Assembly: GCF_006345805.1 (NCBI RefSeq) | Contig: NC_043004.1 | Span: 86,986,001-87,050,000, forward strand | Direction of reading: 5' to 3' | Source of the DNA: Octopus sinensis | Taxonomy: Eukaryota | Length of the DNA: 64,000 nucleotides | In this document: piece by piece, positions 51,171 through 64,000 of the stretch | Layout of the letters: every line of letters starts with the position of its first letter | Numbering within the stretch: the stretch's first letter is position 1 | Position numbers and translations under genes: made by a program | The notes under the pieces: model-generated | Told to the model about the DNA's origin: nothing | Databases searched by the model: none | The model's input: the letters and a program-made list of their open reading frames with translations, nothing else

Positions 51171-52199
51171 TGTGAGTGGTCAGGGACACTTCTATGACCT
51201 ACTTTGCTTGGGGTGGAGTCTGAAAGTCTGGAATACAAAGTTTTAGTCCTTTGAAGAGTGATAGCTTTTGGAAGGACCCCTACCCTTTTGCCGGTCAAGG
51301 AGGGGTCAAAGAAACTATCTTATAAAAAGGAGCTGTGAGTCTGTAGTTCAGTTCCAGCAGAGAGATTGGGGTAGTGACAAGGCAAGCAGTTGGCAGTTGG
51401 ATTTAGCAGTCGGCATTTGGGATTGTACAGCGAGTTAGTAATGGTTTGTTCTGCTGTGACAGAGAAAGATATACAGAGGATTAGGCAGCTAAGAGAGAGG
51501 ATTACAATGTGAGGCATTGGCTGATGTAACGGTATGTGTTAATTGTGTTGATATGTGAATTATGTAAAGAGACTATAGCGAACTGTTACAGAAGTGAGTA
51601 AAGGACTTGTTGATGTGAATTGTATTGATATGTGTTACAGAACTGTTAAAGAAAGAGAGAGACTCTGTTGTAGTCTTTAATGAACATTGAACTGTATATG
51701 TGTTAATTGAACTATGAACTGTATCGTTAATGTGAAGTGTACGTTAATTGAACATTGATTTGTAACGTGAACTTATTTGTCTATGAACATTGTATATGCC
51801 TTTAATGTTATTTGAAACAGAACTGTTGTCTCCGGACTGTATGTTGTATCTGCATGTTTAAATGCTTTGATCTGTTGTATACCTGTTTCTTGATTTGTTG
51901 TTTTCTTTAAATGCTGTTGTATCTTGATGTATTTTATGTAACAATTATAAACTAGTACGTTAAATGTAAGCCAATTGCCTTCCGCTGTGTTTCTTTGTGT
52001 CTCTGTGTCTCTTCCTGCAGCTGTTGTTGTTGTTGTTGTCTCTCTCTCCTCTCCGAGTTTCCGTGGCGAACATTCGCTGATCGATGGGCCTGGTCAATCG
52101 TCGTCGCTCGACTTGTTGGGATCCCGGTTTCGAGTGATACGAGCGACGGCAGGTGGGATTCCGTAGCGACTTTCGGGGGTCCCGTAGCAATACCTTACA
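51171..52199 (+). mobile_element. Probable solo LTR (~1.03 kb)
   Basis: TGTGAG...CTTACA ends, TATAAAA at ~51321, internal short repeats, CpG-rich 3' (U5-like) part. No clean 4-6-bp target-site duplication. Confidence 0.5.
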
Positions 52200-52294
52200 T
52201 GTGCTACATCTGCACATTGTTTTTTCTTGTCTTTTTCTCCATTTTTTTTAATTGATTATATATGTATATATACATGTGTGTGTGTATTAATTCT

Positions 52295-53054
52295 TTGAAT
52301 GTATTAATTCTTTCCGTTTCCTCGCCTACTGTTTTTCTCTCTTATGTTGGTGCTGTACGGTGGTTTAATTAAGACTTTAGCTCTTATTTCTAGCAGGTGT
52401 ATGCTTTTAAGCATCCTTACGCTTCGTGCAAATTTGTAATTCATAGCTAAATAATGCTATTTGCCTACGGACCACCTACGTTACTGCTGTTGATACCATC
52501 AATTTCAATTTTAAATCTTATCCACAGATTATATTAAAAGTAGTGACATCTAATTTCAAATCTTAGTGATTGAATGTTTTGCTTATAATTTTTCTGCACC
52601 ATGTGCTCTGTTTTTGGTGCAAAACAAAACCAGTCGAACTGTCTGAGTTTAACGTGACTGTCTTGAATTTTTACTAGGTAGTTCACACTGAAGAGGCTCA
52701 AGGATTAAATTTCCAAAAGCCAAAACCCGGATATGTGGATGTCCTAAACTGCATAAACTTTTATTTTTGTGCTTTTGAATGTATTAATTCTTTCTGTCTC
52801 CTCAGCCACTGTTTTTCTCTGTTATCTTGGTGCTGTACGGTGGTTTAAGACTTTAGCTTTTATTTCTAGCAAGTGTATATTTTTAAGCATCCTTACGCTT
52901 CTCGCAAATTTGTAATTTATAGCTAAATAATGCTATTAGCCTATGGACCACCTATGTTACATCTGTTGATACCATCAATTTCAATTTTAAATCTTATCCA
53001 CAGATGAAATTAACAGTAATCTAATTTCAAATCTTAGTATTTGAATGTTTTGTT

Positions 53055-53057
<3 letters not shown>
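52295..53057. repeat. Local direct duplication: ~290 bp at 52295-52587 and 52775-53057 (offset 480)
   Basis: Alignable by eye, roughly 85% identical. Confidence 0.85.
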
Positions 53058-53088
<31 letters not shown>

Positions 53089-53090
53089 TA

Positions 53091-54328
53091 CATGGGGCAC
53101 CCTAAAGTAACTGGAAACGTTCTCTGTGGGACAAACTCATTGTAGTTCAGGCTTCTGCCACTTGATGTGACCCTCAGGCATCAGTCTGCTGACTGGCAGT
53201 GTTGGGTGAAAGTCATGCTGGTGCATCGTTGTTCATCGATTTTTTTCGATGACTGTAACGAAGGAACAGTGTGCTTCCATGAAATTCTGTTTTCTGCCAG
53301 GAAAAACAGTGGCCAAAAGAGTTGTAATGCCCCAAACAGCTTACAAGGACGCCGCCATGAGCAAAACAAGTTTTCAAGTGATTTTCATCCTTTAGGAATG
53401 GTCATTTGTCGCATGAAGACCAACTTCATTCAGGGTGACTGTTGGCCTCTTGAATGAATGAAAACATCATGAAAATTCATGAACTGATCTTGGAAGACCA
53501 TTGCCAAACAATTGATGAACTTGTTGATATGACTTGGTGTGTCCTGGAACTCCTCCCAACGAATTTTGAGCAAAGAATTGCGAATGAAAAGACTTGCAGC
53601 AAAATTTGTGCCTTGCTTGCTCATAGAAAGTCAAAAGCAGTCACGACTGAATGTGTGCCATGAACTGAAAGAACACTGGTGACAAAAGCTGATGCTATGG
53701 CTATGACCCTGAAACGAAACATCAATCAAATCAATGGAAATATTCAATGTCACCATGCCCCCAAAAAGCATGTCAAGTGGTGTCCAGTGTCAAGACGATG
53801 CTGATTTGTTTCATTGATGTGAAAGGAATTGTCCACACAAAATTTGTCCCTCCTGGTCAAACTGTTAACCAGACATTTTACTTGGCTGTTCTGAAGCGTT
53901 TGTAAGATGCAGTGAGAGGAAAATGCCCTGACATGTGGCAATGTGAAGAGTGGTGGTTTCATCAAGACATTGTGCCTGCACACACCACCTTGAATGTAAG
54001 ACAGTTTTTGACCAAAAGTGGCATGACCCTGCTTACCCATCTTACCTGGTCTTCCTCCCTGAAATTTTGTTTTGTTTCCCTAAATGAAAAAAGTCAAAGG
54101 AAAACGTTTTGCAGATGTGGAAGAGGTGAAGAAAGAAAATGATGGAGGTGTTAAAAGGCATCACTTTACAAGAGTTCCAGGACTGCTTTGAACAATGGAA
54201 AACACATCTGGACCGATGCATTGCTTCAAATGGAGAATACTTTGAAGGCGATAAAAGTTTAAACATGTAAAACTAAGTGCATAAAATAACATTGTAAAAT
54301 TGCAGTTTCTTTTGGGTACCCCACCTCA
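53091..54328 (+). mobile_element. Decayed mariner transposon
   Basis: Frameshifted mariner motifs (MKRLAAKFVP, GYDPETK, KTMLICFIDVKGIVH..FVPPGQTVN, WWFHQDIVPAH, CIASNGEYFEG); degenerate TIRs GGGGYACCYAAA; TA flanks; deletion around the first catalytic D. Confidence 0.9.
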
Positions 54329-54919
54329 TAAATGTGTGTGTGTGTGTATGTGTGTGTGTCTCTGTGTTTGTCTGACATCACTGCTTGACAGCCAATGTTG
54401 GTTTGTTTACATTTCCATAGCTTAGTGGTTTGGCAAAAAAGACCTTTAAAAAATAAGTACTAGAGTTGATTCATTTGGCCACAGACTAATTTCTGAAAGA
54501 AGTAAAAGACAAAGGAAGATCCCCTTTAGCATGCATTAGACAGTTCTGCAAATTTGTATATTAGCATTTGAATTGTTATGATAGTTGCTTTTTTCAATGG
54601 ATCCCAAGTAAAATATCATTTTATGAGCTGGATTTGCAAATTTATGCTAGTTATTCAATACCTTAACCACATAGCCTTTGTATTTTAAAAAGCTCTACTG
54701 CTGAATTGAAGAAATTATTTAGTATTGATTTTCAGCTATTAATTTTGTTTTTCACTGATTAAGCACATTGTTTTGATGTGTCTGGTTTTCAATGAGTTCT
54801 TTGAATGAAAGAGACCATGAAGAGGAAGCATTTCCATTAAACATTTTTAGTGTGTGTGAGATAGCATACATTGACTGGATTTGTAATTTTAATAATTTTT
54901 ATGCAGTTCATGATCAGAG

Positions 54920-55790
54920 GTGCAAGCATGGCTATGTGGTTAAAAAGCTTGCTTTCCTATTGCTTGATCTGGGTTTGGTTCCACTGTGTGGTGTGCTGTT
55001 TTGGACAAGTGTCTTATACTGTAGCCTTAGGCTGACCAATACTTTGTAAGTAAATTTGGCTGACAGGAACTAAAACAGGTCCATAGTGTTCTATATATAC
55101 ATGCATACATACATATATATATATATACATTTATTCTTTTATTCTTTTACTTTTGTTGAACCATTAAGTTACAGGGACGTAAACACATCAACATTGGTTG
55201 TCAAGTGATGGTGAGAGAGGGGACAAACATAAACACAAAGACACACACATAAATACATACACACACATACATACATACATACATATATATATGTGTGTGT
55301 TTGTGGTAGGCTTCTTTCAGTTTTCATCTACCAAATCCATTCACAAAGCTTTGGTCGGTCCGAGGATATAGCAGAAGACACTTGCTCAAGGGGACACGCA
55401 GTGGGACTGAACCCGGATGTTTCATCGCTAAAACAATGTTACATAACTTATAACATGCATAAAACCTCCTTAGCTAATCTTCAGGTTCTATTACCTTCAA
55501 GTTGTTTACATTGTTGTATGGAGATGAGTAAAACTTGAAGGTAATAAGGCCTGAAGATTAGCTAAGCAGGTTTTATGTGTGTTAGAAGTTACTTAACATT
55601 TGTAGTTTCATTTACCTTTTCCATTCCTTGCCTTCTTAGATTATTATTCATATATTTATGTATGTATGTATTTATAGGCGTAGGAGTGGCTGTGTGGTAA
55701 GTAGCTTGCTTACAAACCACATGGATCTGGGTTCAGTCCCACTGCATGGCACCTTGGGCAAGTGTCTTCTACTATAGGTCGATCAGTTTA
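54920..55790. mobile_element. SINE family A cluster: head (+, ~54920-55080), body (-, ~55130-55417), head (+, 55677-55778)
   Basis: Family A motifs. Confidence 0.7.
55435..55600. repeat. ~165-bp near-perfect palindrome
   Basis: CATAAAACCTCCTTAGCTAATCTTCAGG..TATTACCTTCAAGTT pairs with 55531-55577, and pairing extends outward; ~19-nt loop. Confidence 0.9.
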
Positions 55791-58401
55791 AGATTGCAAT
55801 GGAAGATACCTGGCTAAGCTGCTATGCAGTGGGATGGAACCAAGCACCATTTGACTTTGAAGTAAACTTTTTAACCACATTGCTATGTTTCTGTTTATTT
55901 ATATTTTCTAAAATAGAGAGGATAATAATAATAAAAGTAGTGGTTATATTAGCTTTTCTATTTAACCTCAGTTCAGTTCTGATTGTGTTCCCGTCTTCTT
56001 CTGTATCCAGAAGGATAGTGTACAAAGTATATCTGATCTTTTTAAAGCAGTAGGGTGTGATTTGAAGGAATCTTTTTTCTTATTTCTAGTGGATTGAGTG
56101 AGTTTATTAATGCTCTTTTCTTAGCTCATAGATTCCTTGGTGGGTTTTCTTATCTAAACACTGTTCTTTCAGGATTTGAGACTGCCATGTTTTCTTTTGA
56201 ATATCTATGCAGTGCATATTCTGGTTAATTAGAATAGTTATATTGTATTTCTGTATTATAAGGAGTAACTGAAGAGCTTTGGTCATAAAACATTAACAAA
56301 ATGTCCCATTTAATCCATACCAGCAATGATAAAGATGATGATAATGATGTCTTTTTTTTTACAGTTTACTCTTCTGTTGTAAATATTCAGACGAACATCC
56401 ACAATATTGGTTATCATTTTTCACAATGTCTTAAAAATAAATACTTTGAATAATAAATATTATTAGATAATAGTACTTGGAAATAAGAACTATAAAAGTT
56501 GTTTTTAAAAGAGGCAGGGCAGTGTTAAGTTTGTGTTAGCATTTTATGTAGAAGTTTATTTCAGGGTGTGTAAAAAAAACAATACTTGTCAATTGCTGAT
56601 AGTATGTTGGTTCTTTAGTCTCCCCAGGATGTATGGGAGACTACTCTGGTCATGTTTTGTTTTTATCATGACCTTTTCCATGAAGCATAGACTTTACCAT
56701 ACTTAAGTGATTGTTTCAGCACTACTTCACCTATTATAATGAAGTCTATGCTTTGCTGATGAGGTCATAACAATACCAAAATATGTATGGCATATCTTAT
56801 GAGTTGAAAGATTTATAATAGTATTAGTCATTGGTTAATATTGTTTCTCTCTACATTTAGTATTGTTTTTCTCTTCTATTTAGTTTTATAATACTCCTTG
56901 CACTAAGTATGTTAATGAGTATAGATGACAAAAGGTGGACAATATATGATAAAAGTATGTTAATGTTTTGCATGTGGGTGTCATTGAAAATTTTATGTCT
57001 ATGTAAAGTTAAGTTTGTTAAATTTCCCAAAGGTAAACTTGATAAACATGATTGTTTCAAACTGGAATCAATAAAATCAGGAAACCCATTTTGAATATGA
57101 ATATGGAGGTCTTTTGAACTACTTTCAGTTGTGCAATAGTAACTTATTGGCTGAAAGTTAAATGCTTCTGATGTATTATTGTTTACTGCTTATCTTTCCA
57201 CTAAATATATTTTCTTATCATCATCTATTGCAAAAAAAAAAAAAAAAAATGTGGATATCTTTATTCTGTTAGTCAATAAACACAAAATGGTTTTGTGACT
57301 TGTTTCATTCATTGCAAAATAAATCAATTTTTTTTTAATATTGTCTAATGTATCTGTACATTGTGATTATATTTACTTTATCTATTGTATAAAAACGAAA
57401 AGAGGTTCATAACCCTTTCATAACTATTATAACCTTAGCTCCAAATGAATCTCTATTAAATTCATCTAATGAATTATTTAAAAGCAGTGTCTGATTTTCT
57501 TTTGTCACTTGCAGTGACAACAAATAAACTAGAAAAAAAGAAAAAAGTAAATACAAATTCATTATTTGCAAATATCTCATTTCTAATGTCTCTGTCAGCC
57601 ATATATTTAAAAAGATGTTTAATGTGAATTAATTGTTAAATATATTTTGAAGTGTGAATGTTTTATAATAGATAAATAACCTTTGTTTCTTGGTTTATCT
57701 GACATGAGCCTATCATCATGGTTGTTTTTGTTTTTTTTCTTTGTTTTGTTTGTCTATATTTCTTTATAGGAATTTATATTAAATTCCATGATCCTATCTC
57801 CCTTAATGAATTTCAAGACATACTCTTAATAGTAGTTATTTTTATAACCCATTGGTTGTTTTTCATAACTCATTACTTGACCAAACTCCAGGCTACAGCT
57901 AGCTATCTCACCTGTTATTGAATTCTTTGTTACCAATTTAAATTTTAAAACTTTTATTGTTAAAATTGTTGTTATTTAGCCCCAAGTCAGCCTTGATCAA
58001 ACAGATCTATGATGATAGAGTATTCAAGCAGTGATTGTTTCATATTCTGAGGTGATGTACCTAGAACTACATTATACAATGTGTCCTTGTTTTTGAAGAT
58101 GAAAAACATGTTGTTTGGGGAGAGAGTTGGTTGCTATTTCTAATAAGTCAAGCAACTGTGTGAAAGTGAATAAGTGTTTTTAAAAATGTTAATTCATTTT
58201 TACAGGCATGGTAAGAAGTGCTTCCCAACCACATAGTTCCAGGTTTAGTCCCACTGCACAGCACTTTGGGCAAATGTCTTCTATTACAGCCTTGGGCTGA
58301 CCAAAGTCTTGGGAGTGGATTTGGTAGATGGAAACGGAAAAAAATTAATCATGTATATACATACATATATATACATACACACACACACACACACATATAT
58401 A

Positions 58402-60005
58402 CAGTTGCGGCCAAAATGTTCAGAACGGCATTGTTTTCGTCAGAAAAGTAGGTATAAGTTTTTATTAAAGTTGTTTTATATTCTATAATTTTCACAGACA
58501 ATAAATACGATTTTAATTGGAGATTTTGGTGTAATTTGAGTGGATAATACAAAAGTTATGGATGATATAGTGATTTACTGCAAAACCCATGGTGGCCAAA
58601 ATGATCAGAATGGTTGAAAAAATAACAAAATAATCAAAAAGTGACTGAGAATGCTGGAATTATTTCATATTTAGTGTGAAGCCCTTTAGCTTCAATCAAA
58701 GTTTGACATTTTTGACTGCATGGGGAAATTAAATTTTCAATTTCTTGCTGGGTGATCTTATTCCATTCTTCCTGAAGGGCATTCCATAATTGCTCGGTTG
58801 TTTTAGGATTTCTGGCTTTCAAACGTTCTCCTAGAATATTCCACACATTTTCAATAGGATTGAGGTCTGGGCTTTGAGCAAGCCAATCCATAACAATAAC
58901 CTTTTCAGCCTTGAGGAAGTTCATGACCACCTTAGCCTTGTGACATGGGGCATTGTCCTGCATGAATATGGGTGGTCGCTTAGTTGAATTTCTCAACACA
59001 GGCAAGACATGATCTTTTACAAGTTGTTTATAAACTCCTGCATTTACCTTTCCATGTAATCACAGCAAAGGGCCCACAACATCTCCAGATATCATCCCCC
59101 AAACCATGACACTTCCTCCACCGAATTTAACACTAGTCTTAAGGCATTTAAGTGACAATTTTTCACCTGCTTTTCGACGAATGTACTTTTTCCCATCTGA
59201 GCCAAATAACATAGACTTAGATTCATCACTGAAATGCACTGTTTGCCATTTTTCTTGAGACCACAACACATGTTCGGTTGCAAAGGTAAGACGACACTTT
59301 TTATTCTTGGAGCTGATCAGTGGCTTCACTGCAGGGGCTCTTGCTTGTAGGTCATGTTCAACTAAAGGACGAGACACAGTTTTTCGAGATAAAGTTTTCT
59401 TCAGTACAATGCTCATTTCCCGAAAAACAGCAGCAGCAGTTTTAAATCTGTCCTTTTTAACCAACTTTACCATAGCACGATCTTCTCTCTTGGTCGTTTT
59501 TCTTGGCCTACCTGTAGACTTTCTTGCTTCACACGAACCACAATCATCGTAGACCTTAAGAATACCGTGAACAACACTTTTTGACTTGTTAACAATCTTT
59601 GCAATAGATCTAATACTTAAATTATCCTTCTTTCGAAGCTTAATAATCTGCTGACGAATTGGTAACGGAGTAAGTGGCATTATATTAACAAAGTACACTG
59701 CAGATATTCTTACTAATGTTTAGTAAATGAACTGTCACGTAAACAAATTCAAAACATTAGAGTTCGACGGTTAAATATACTAAAACATGGAGTAAAAGCA
59801 ACCGTTCTGATCATTTTGGCCGCCATGGGTTTTGCAGTAAATCACTAAATCATCCATAACTTTTTTATTATCCTCTCAAATTACACCAAAATAATATCGT
59901 ATTTATTGTCTGTGAAAATTATAAAATATAAAACAACTTTGATAAAAACTTATACCTACTTTTCTGACAAAAACAATGCCATTCTGAACATTTTGGCCAC
60001 AACTG
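58402..60005 (-). mobile_element. Full-length Tc1 transposon of IR/DR architecture (1604 bp)
   Basis: TA|CAGTTG...CAACTG|TA. TIRs are 58402-58616 and 59799-60005, each with an outer and an inner copy of GYGGCCAAAATGWTCAGAAYGG. Confidence 0.95.
58634..59680 (-). pseudogene. Tc1 DD34E transposase with one in-frame premature stop
   Basis: ORFs 59060-59698 and 58634-59005 are in the same frame (GPLL*LHGKVNAG). Motifs GRPRK, HFSDES, QDNAP-x-NPIEN with 34 residues between D and E. The usual stop after KY reads GAA. Confidence 0.92.
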
Positions 60006-60024
60006 TATATATATAAACATATAC

Positions 60025-60055
<31 letters not shown>

Positions 60056-60130
60056 CACATATACATATATATATACACATATATATATGCACACACACAC
60101 ACACACACACACATATATGTATATACATAT

Positions 60131-60182
<52 letters not shown>

Positions 60183-60213
60183 GCTAGCAGAGATACCCAG
60201 GATTGCCCGTGTT
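60183..60213 (+). mobile_element. Possible Helitron/Helentron-type non-autonomous element terminus
   Basis: GCTAGCAGAGATACCCAGGATTGCCCG next to a microsatellite resembles the ACTAG..ACCCGGCGTTGCCCGG termini of such elements (from recollection). Confidence 0.35.
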
Positions 60214-60624
60214 ACATGCAATTGAAGAATTAAACTTTTCTGTTATATTTTCTGTAATGAACTGGTATATGCATGTTTCGAATTTCATCAAAATTGCAGA
60301 TGAGGGTTATTTCCCTCTTTACATACTACTGATTTTTATCCGCATATTCCAAAATTCCAGTCTTATTGAACCTGTTAAAAAGATTTTGCTCCTGAAAAAT
60401 GAAGGTCATGGAGCTCTAAAATGTGAGAATTAAGGCCCCTGTTGTGGGTGGGCAACTTAATGTTAACCAGAGAAGTTGAATTGTTGAGAATCTTTTTAAC
60501 TTGGGTCTTATATCTATTGCTTGAATTTCTTTGAAATAGGAAATATATGTTCACTGGATTTGTAAAAGAGAGCAAAGCTACAGGAAACCAAGACGAATGA
60601 TCACAATAAGCAGATATATATATC

Positions 60625-61317
60625 TCATCATCCTCATCATTTAACATCCGCTTTCCATGCTAGCATGGGTTGGACGATTTGACTGAGGGTTGGCGAACCA
60701 GATCGCTGCGCCAGGCTTCAATCTTCATCCGGCAGAGTTTCTAATGCCAACCACTCTAAGAGTGTAGTGTGTGCTTTTACATGCCAATGGCACGGGGCCA
60801 GTAAGGCGCTGCTAGCAACGACCTCGCTCAAATCTTTTACACATGTCACTGGCACAGGTGCCAGTAACTATCATGTTGGTAACTATCATGCTCGAATGGT
60901 GTCTTTTACATGCCACCGGCATGGAGGCCAGGTAGCCACTCTGGCAACAATCATGCTCAGGTGGTGCTCTTAATACCCTACTGGCACGGGGCTCAAGTGC
61001 CAGTAAGGCGACGCTGGTACCAATCACACTTGAATGATGCCTTTTAAGTACCACTGGCATGGATGCCGGTTAGCTGCTCTGTCAATGATCACACTCGTAT
61101 GGTGCTCTTTGCACCCTGCTAGCATGGACGCCAGTCATCGAATTTGATTTTGATTTCATTTGCCTCAACAGGTCTTCACAAGAAGAGTTTTAGTGTCCAA
61201 AGAAGGAAAAGGTATGCATAAGTGGGCTGGTTACGCCCCTGGCATAGGCCACGAGATTATGGTCTCATTTGGCTTGCCGGGTCTTCTCACGCACGGCATA
61301 TTTCCAAAAGTCTCGGT

Positions 61318-61320
<3 letters not shown>
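60625..61320 (-). mobile_element. RTE 3' UTR fragment with ~5-6 diverged minisatellite units
   Basis: Aligns to 15954-16700. Confidence 0.85.
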
Positions 61321-61357
<37 letters not shown>

Positions 61358-62564
61358 GTATACCTTTATGCTTATGCTTGTCCTCCATCACTCCTGACAA
61401 CCAATGTTAGTTTATGTCCTCATAATTTTGCAGTTTGGAAAAAGAGACTGATAGAATAAATACGAGGCTTAAAAGTATTAGTACCGGGGTTGATTTGTTC
61501 GTCTAAACTCTTCAAGGCAGTGCCACTGCCTGGTTGCAGTCCAGTGACTGAATCAAGTATGAGATAAAACGTATTTTCTGTTCAGTTCTATTCACCAATT
61601 AAAGGAAAAGATAAAGTTTTCTATATTTTACACATCAAAAAATAATAAACAGAGAATTTCATTATTTAGCTCAGAGCAAACGTGCCTAAATTAAATGAGA
61701 ATGGTACCAGTAAAAATAGAATCACTTCTTGAAATAAATTATAAGAAGAAAATTGGAGCTATCTTGTTTTTGTTTCATTAAATTGGAAATTTATTCATGT
61801 TAATATTGTAAATTTTAGTTAACATTAAAAAAACAACCAAAATGTGAGCATATAATATTGGTTATATGAAAAAATATGATTAAAAAGTGCAACAATTATC
61901 ATTTTCTCTCCATTCACCGTGAAAATAAGATTATAAATAAATAGAATTAAATACCAGCTAAAATTTAAAAAGAAAAAATGTTGTCATCAAATACATGGTA
62001 AATTGTCCTATAGAGGTGGGAAAAGCTTAAAAATATGAAATACATTTTTATGAAAAATATTGGCAATATATATTTGGAAGCCATAATTGTATTTTTATGT
62101 CCTATTTCAATTATACCAATGAAATATATTGAATGTACCACTTAAACAACTATGATAACTATATTAATTTTCAACAATGTTTCCACTTGGATCTTTTTTT
62201 AACAGTTAATATTTGAAAATTAATCATATAGCTGCTGAAAATGCTTTAATTAAAAAAGTGTCAATAAATATCATACTGAAGATGTAAAATATCTCTCAAA
62301 TATTGATTGCTTTAATAAAAAAATAACCCTGAATCACACGTTACAAAACTACCTTATAAATTAGAGACGATGCTGACTTTGGTCTACATGGTCGTATAAT
62401 TGTTTCTTTTAGCAGAACTTTTTTTTATTCATGAAAATTTATTTGGAATGAATTTTCAAATACCTATGATATATTTGACTTTGTGTCAAATCTTCTTTCT
62501 AGCCACACAATGTAAACCACATCTTATTTCTGTCTTTGAGGAAAAAAAAAATCATTTATCTATA

Positions 62565-62984
62565 GGCACAGGCATGGCTGTGTAGGAAGAAATTTACTTC
62601 CCAACCGTATTGTTCTGGGTTCAATCCCACTGTGTGGCACCTTGGGCAAGTGTCTTCTCCTATAGCCTCAGGTCAACCTAAGCCTTGTGAGAAGATTTGG
62701 TAAATGGAAACTGAAAGAACCCCTTCATATATACATATATATGTGTATGTGTATCTCTTGGTGTCTGTGTTTGTTGCCCACCACTGCTTGACAACTGGTG
62801 TTGGTGTGTTTATGTCCCTGTAACTTAGCAGTTTAGCAAAAAGAGACCAATATAATAAGCACCAGGTTTAACAAAAAAATGAGTTCTGGGGTCGATTCAT
62901 TCAACTAAAAATTCTTCAGGGCAGTAGCCAGCATGACCACAGTCTAATGACTGAAACAAGTAAAAAGTAGAAAAAAAAAAAAAA
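62565..62984 (+). mobile_element. Full-length SINE family A
   Basis: Aligns to 46970-47375; A-rich tail. Confidence 0.85.
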
Positions 62985-63518
62985 GATACAACCTATCTCT
63001 GCAGTCCATGTTATACTCTGTTGTATTCTGCATTCACTTTGAAAGGTGTTTGCACACAGGTAGAATCCACTCTTTCCACCAATTGCCTCTCTTAGAAATG
63101 TGTCAATAAAAAAGACATTTAGTTACTTTGCTTCAATCATTTTCCTCATTCCTCTAAATTCATCGGCTGTACCTACAATTCTTCAAACAATTTCTACTCT
63201 GGTGCAGTTATTTGTACCTTGTCTCAGACTGAGAACATCTATCTGAAATCCTCCTTAGTAACTTCAATGCAAGCAAATTTTCCTGGCTCTTTTATTCTAC
63301 CAGTCTGACACTACTAGTCCATGGCTGAATCATTTGCTATTCTTTACTATCTACACCAGTTAGTACCATTACCTACTCATATCTGTGTCTGATATGTTTT
63401 CTTATCTCCAAACTAAAACTTTGCCTAGCAATGTCTTTATACCCGAAGGACCATTTGACAGATGCTTAATCAATGTAATATATTTCACATGTTCCTACTG
63501 TGCAATACACCCTGCTCC

Positions 63519-63732
63519 TTAACCCTAAGCATTAGATTACTCAGTCAAATGTGATGCATATTTATTCATCTTGTTTTGAATTAATCATGCATAATTTTGT
63601 AACTTCAAGATTTCGATGAGGTGATTGTTTATTTTTAGAATGACATTGCAGAGTAGGTATGAGAGTCTGAATCTGGCTAGTTTGAACATAAAACAGGTAG
63701 AATATTTGGGTCAGATATGGCTGGCTTAAATA
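63519..63732. mobile_element. piggyBac-type MITE family 2, right end missing
   Basis: TTAACCCT start; aligns to 49886-50113. Confidence 0.7.
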
Positions 63733-64000
63733 TTGTGGTAATTCAAGTTGGCTAACTAGTTGAAGGTCTATGTCAACTACTCTGGCTGAAAATATATTTC
63801 ACTCCTGACCCTCTCAAGACAGTTTAGTGAGTGACTGAAACCACCCTCTTAGATATGTACATTTACATCCTTCATCCAAGTGAACTTCACAACCTCCCAA
63901 GTAGTTCATTCGCAGCTGTGCTGTTGCAGTTTGGGTGATAAAAACAGCTTTCAGTAACCTTGGGAAAGTGACACACTCACACCAACTGGAAATCATTTAC

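Overview
AT-rich, repeat-saturated eukaryotic DNA. It is most consistent with an octopus (coleoid cephalopod) genome; this is an inference from two recurring tRNA-type SINE families, RTE LINE tails and huge TA/TG microsatellite fields, not from a database search. I find no confidently identifiable host gene, tRNA, rRNA or CRISPR array, and nearly all listed ORFs are microsatellite or repeat artefacts. The window opens inside a head-to-tail array of a ~1.78-kb unit carrying one L1/Tx1-type ORF1-like (CCHC zinc-knuckle) gene and no reverse transcriptase; this is the most unusual object here. Other recognisable elements: a nearly intact IR/DR Tc1 transposon (58402-60005, DD34E, one premature stop), a decayed mariner, a Penelope RT/GIY-YIG remnant, five RTE 3' ends carrying a variable hairpin minisatellite, two families of TTAA (piggyBac-type) MITEs, a TA-flanked long-TIR MITE, two probable solo LTRs and more than 20 SINE copies or fragments. 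There are also several long near-perfect palindromes and a hairpin cluster with a hammerhead-like core (56616-56796). Coordinates of decayed repeats are approximate (by eye).
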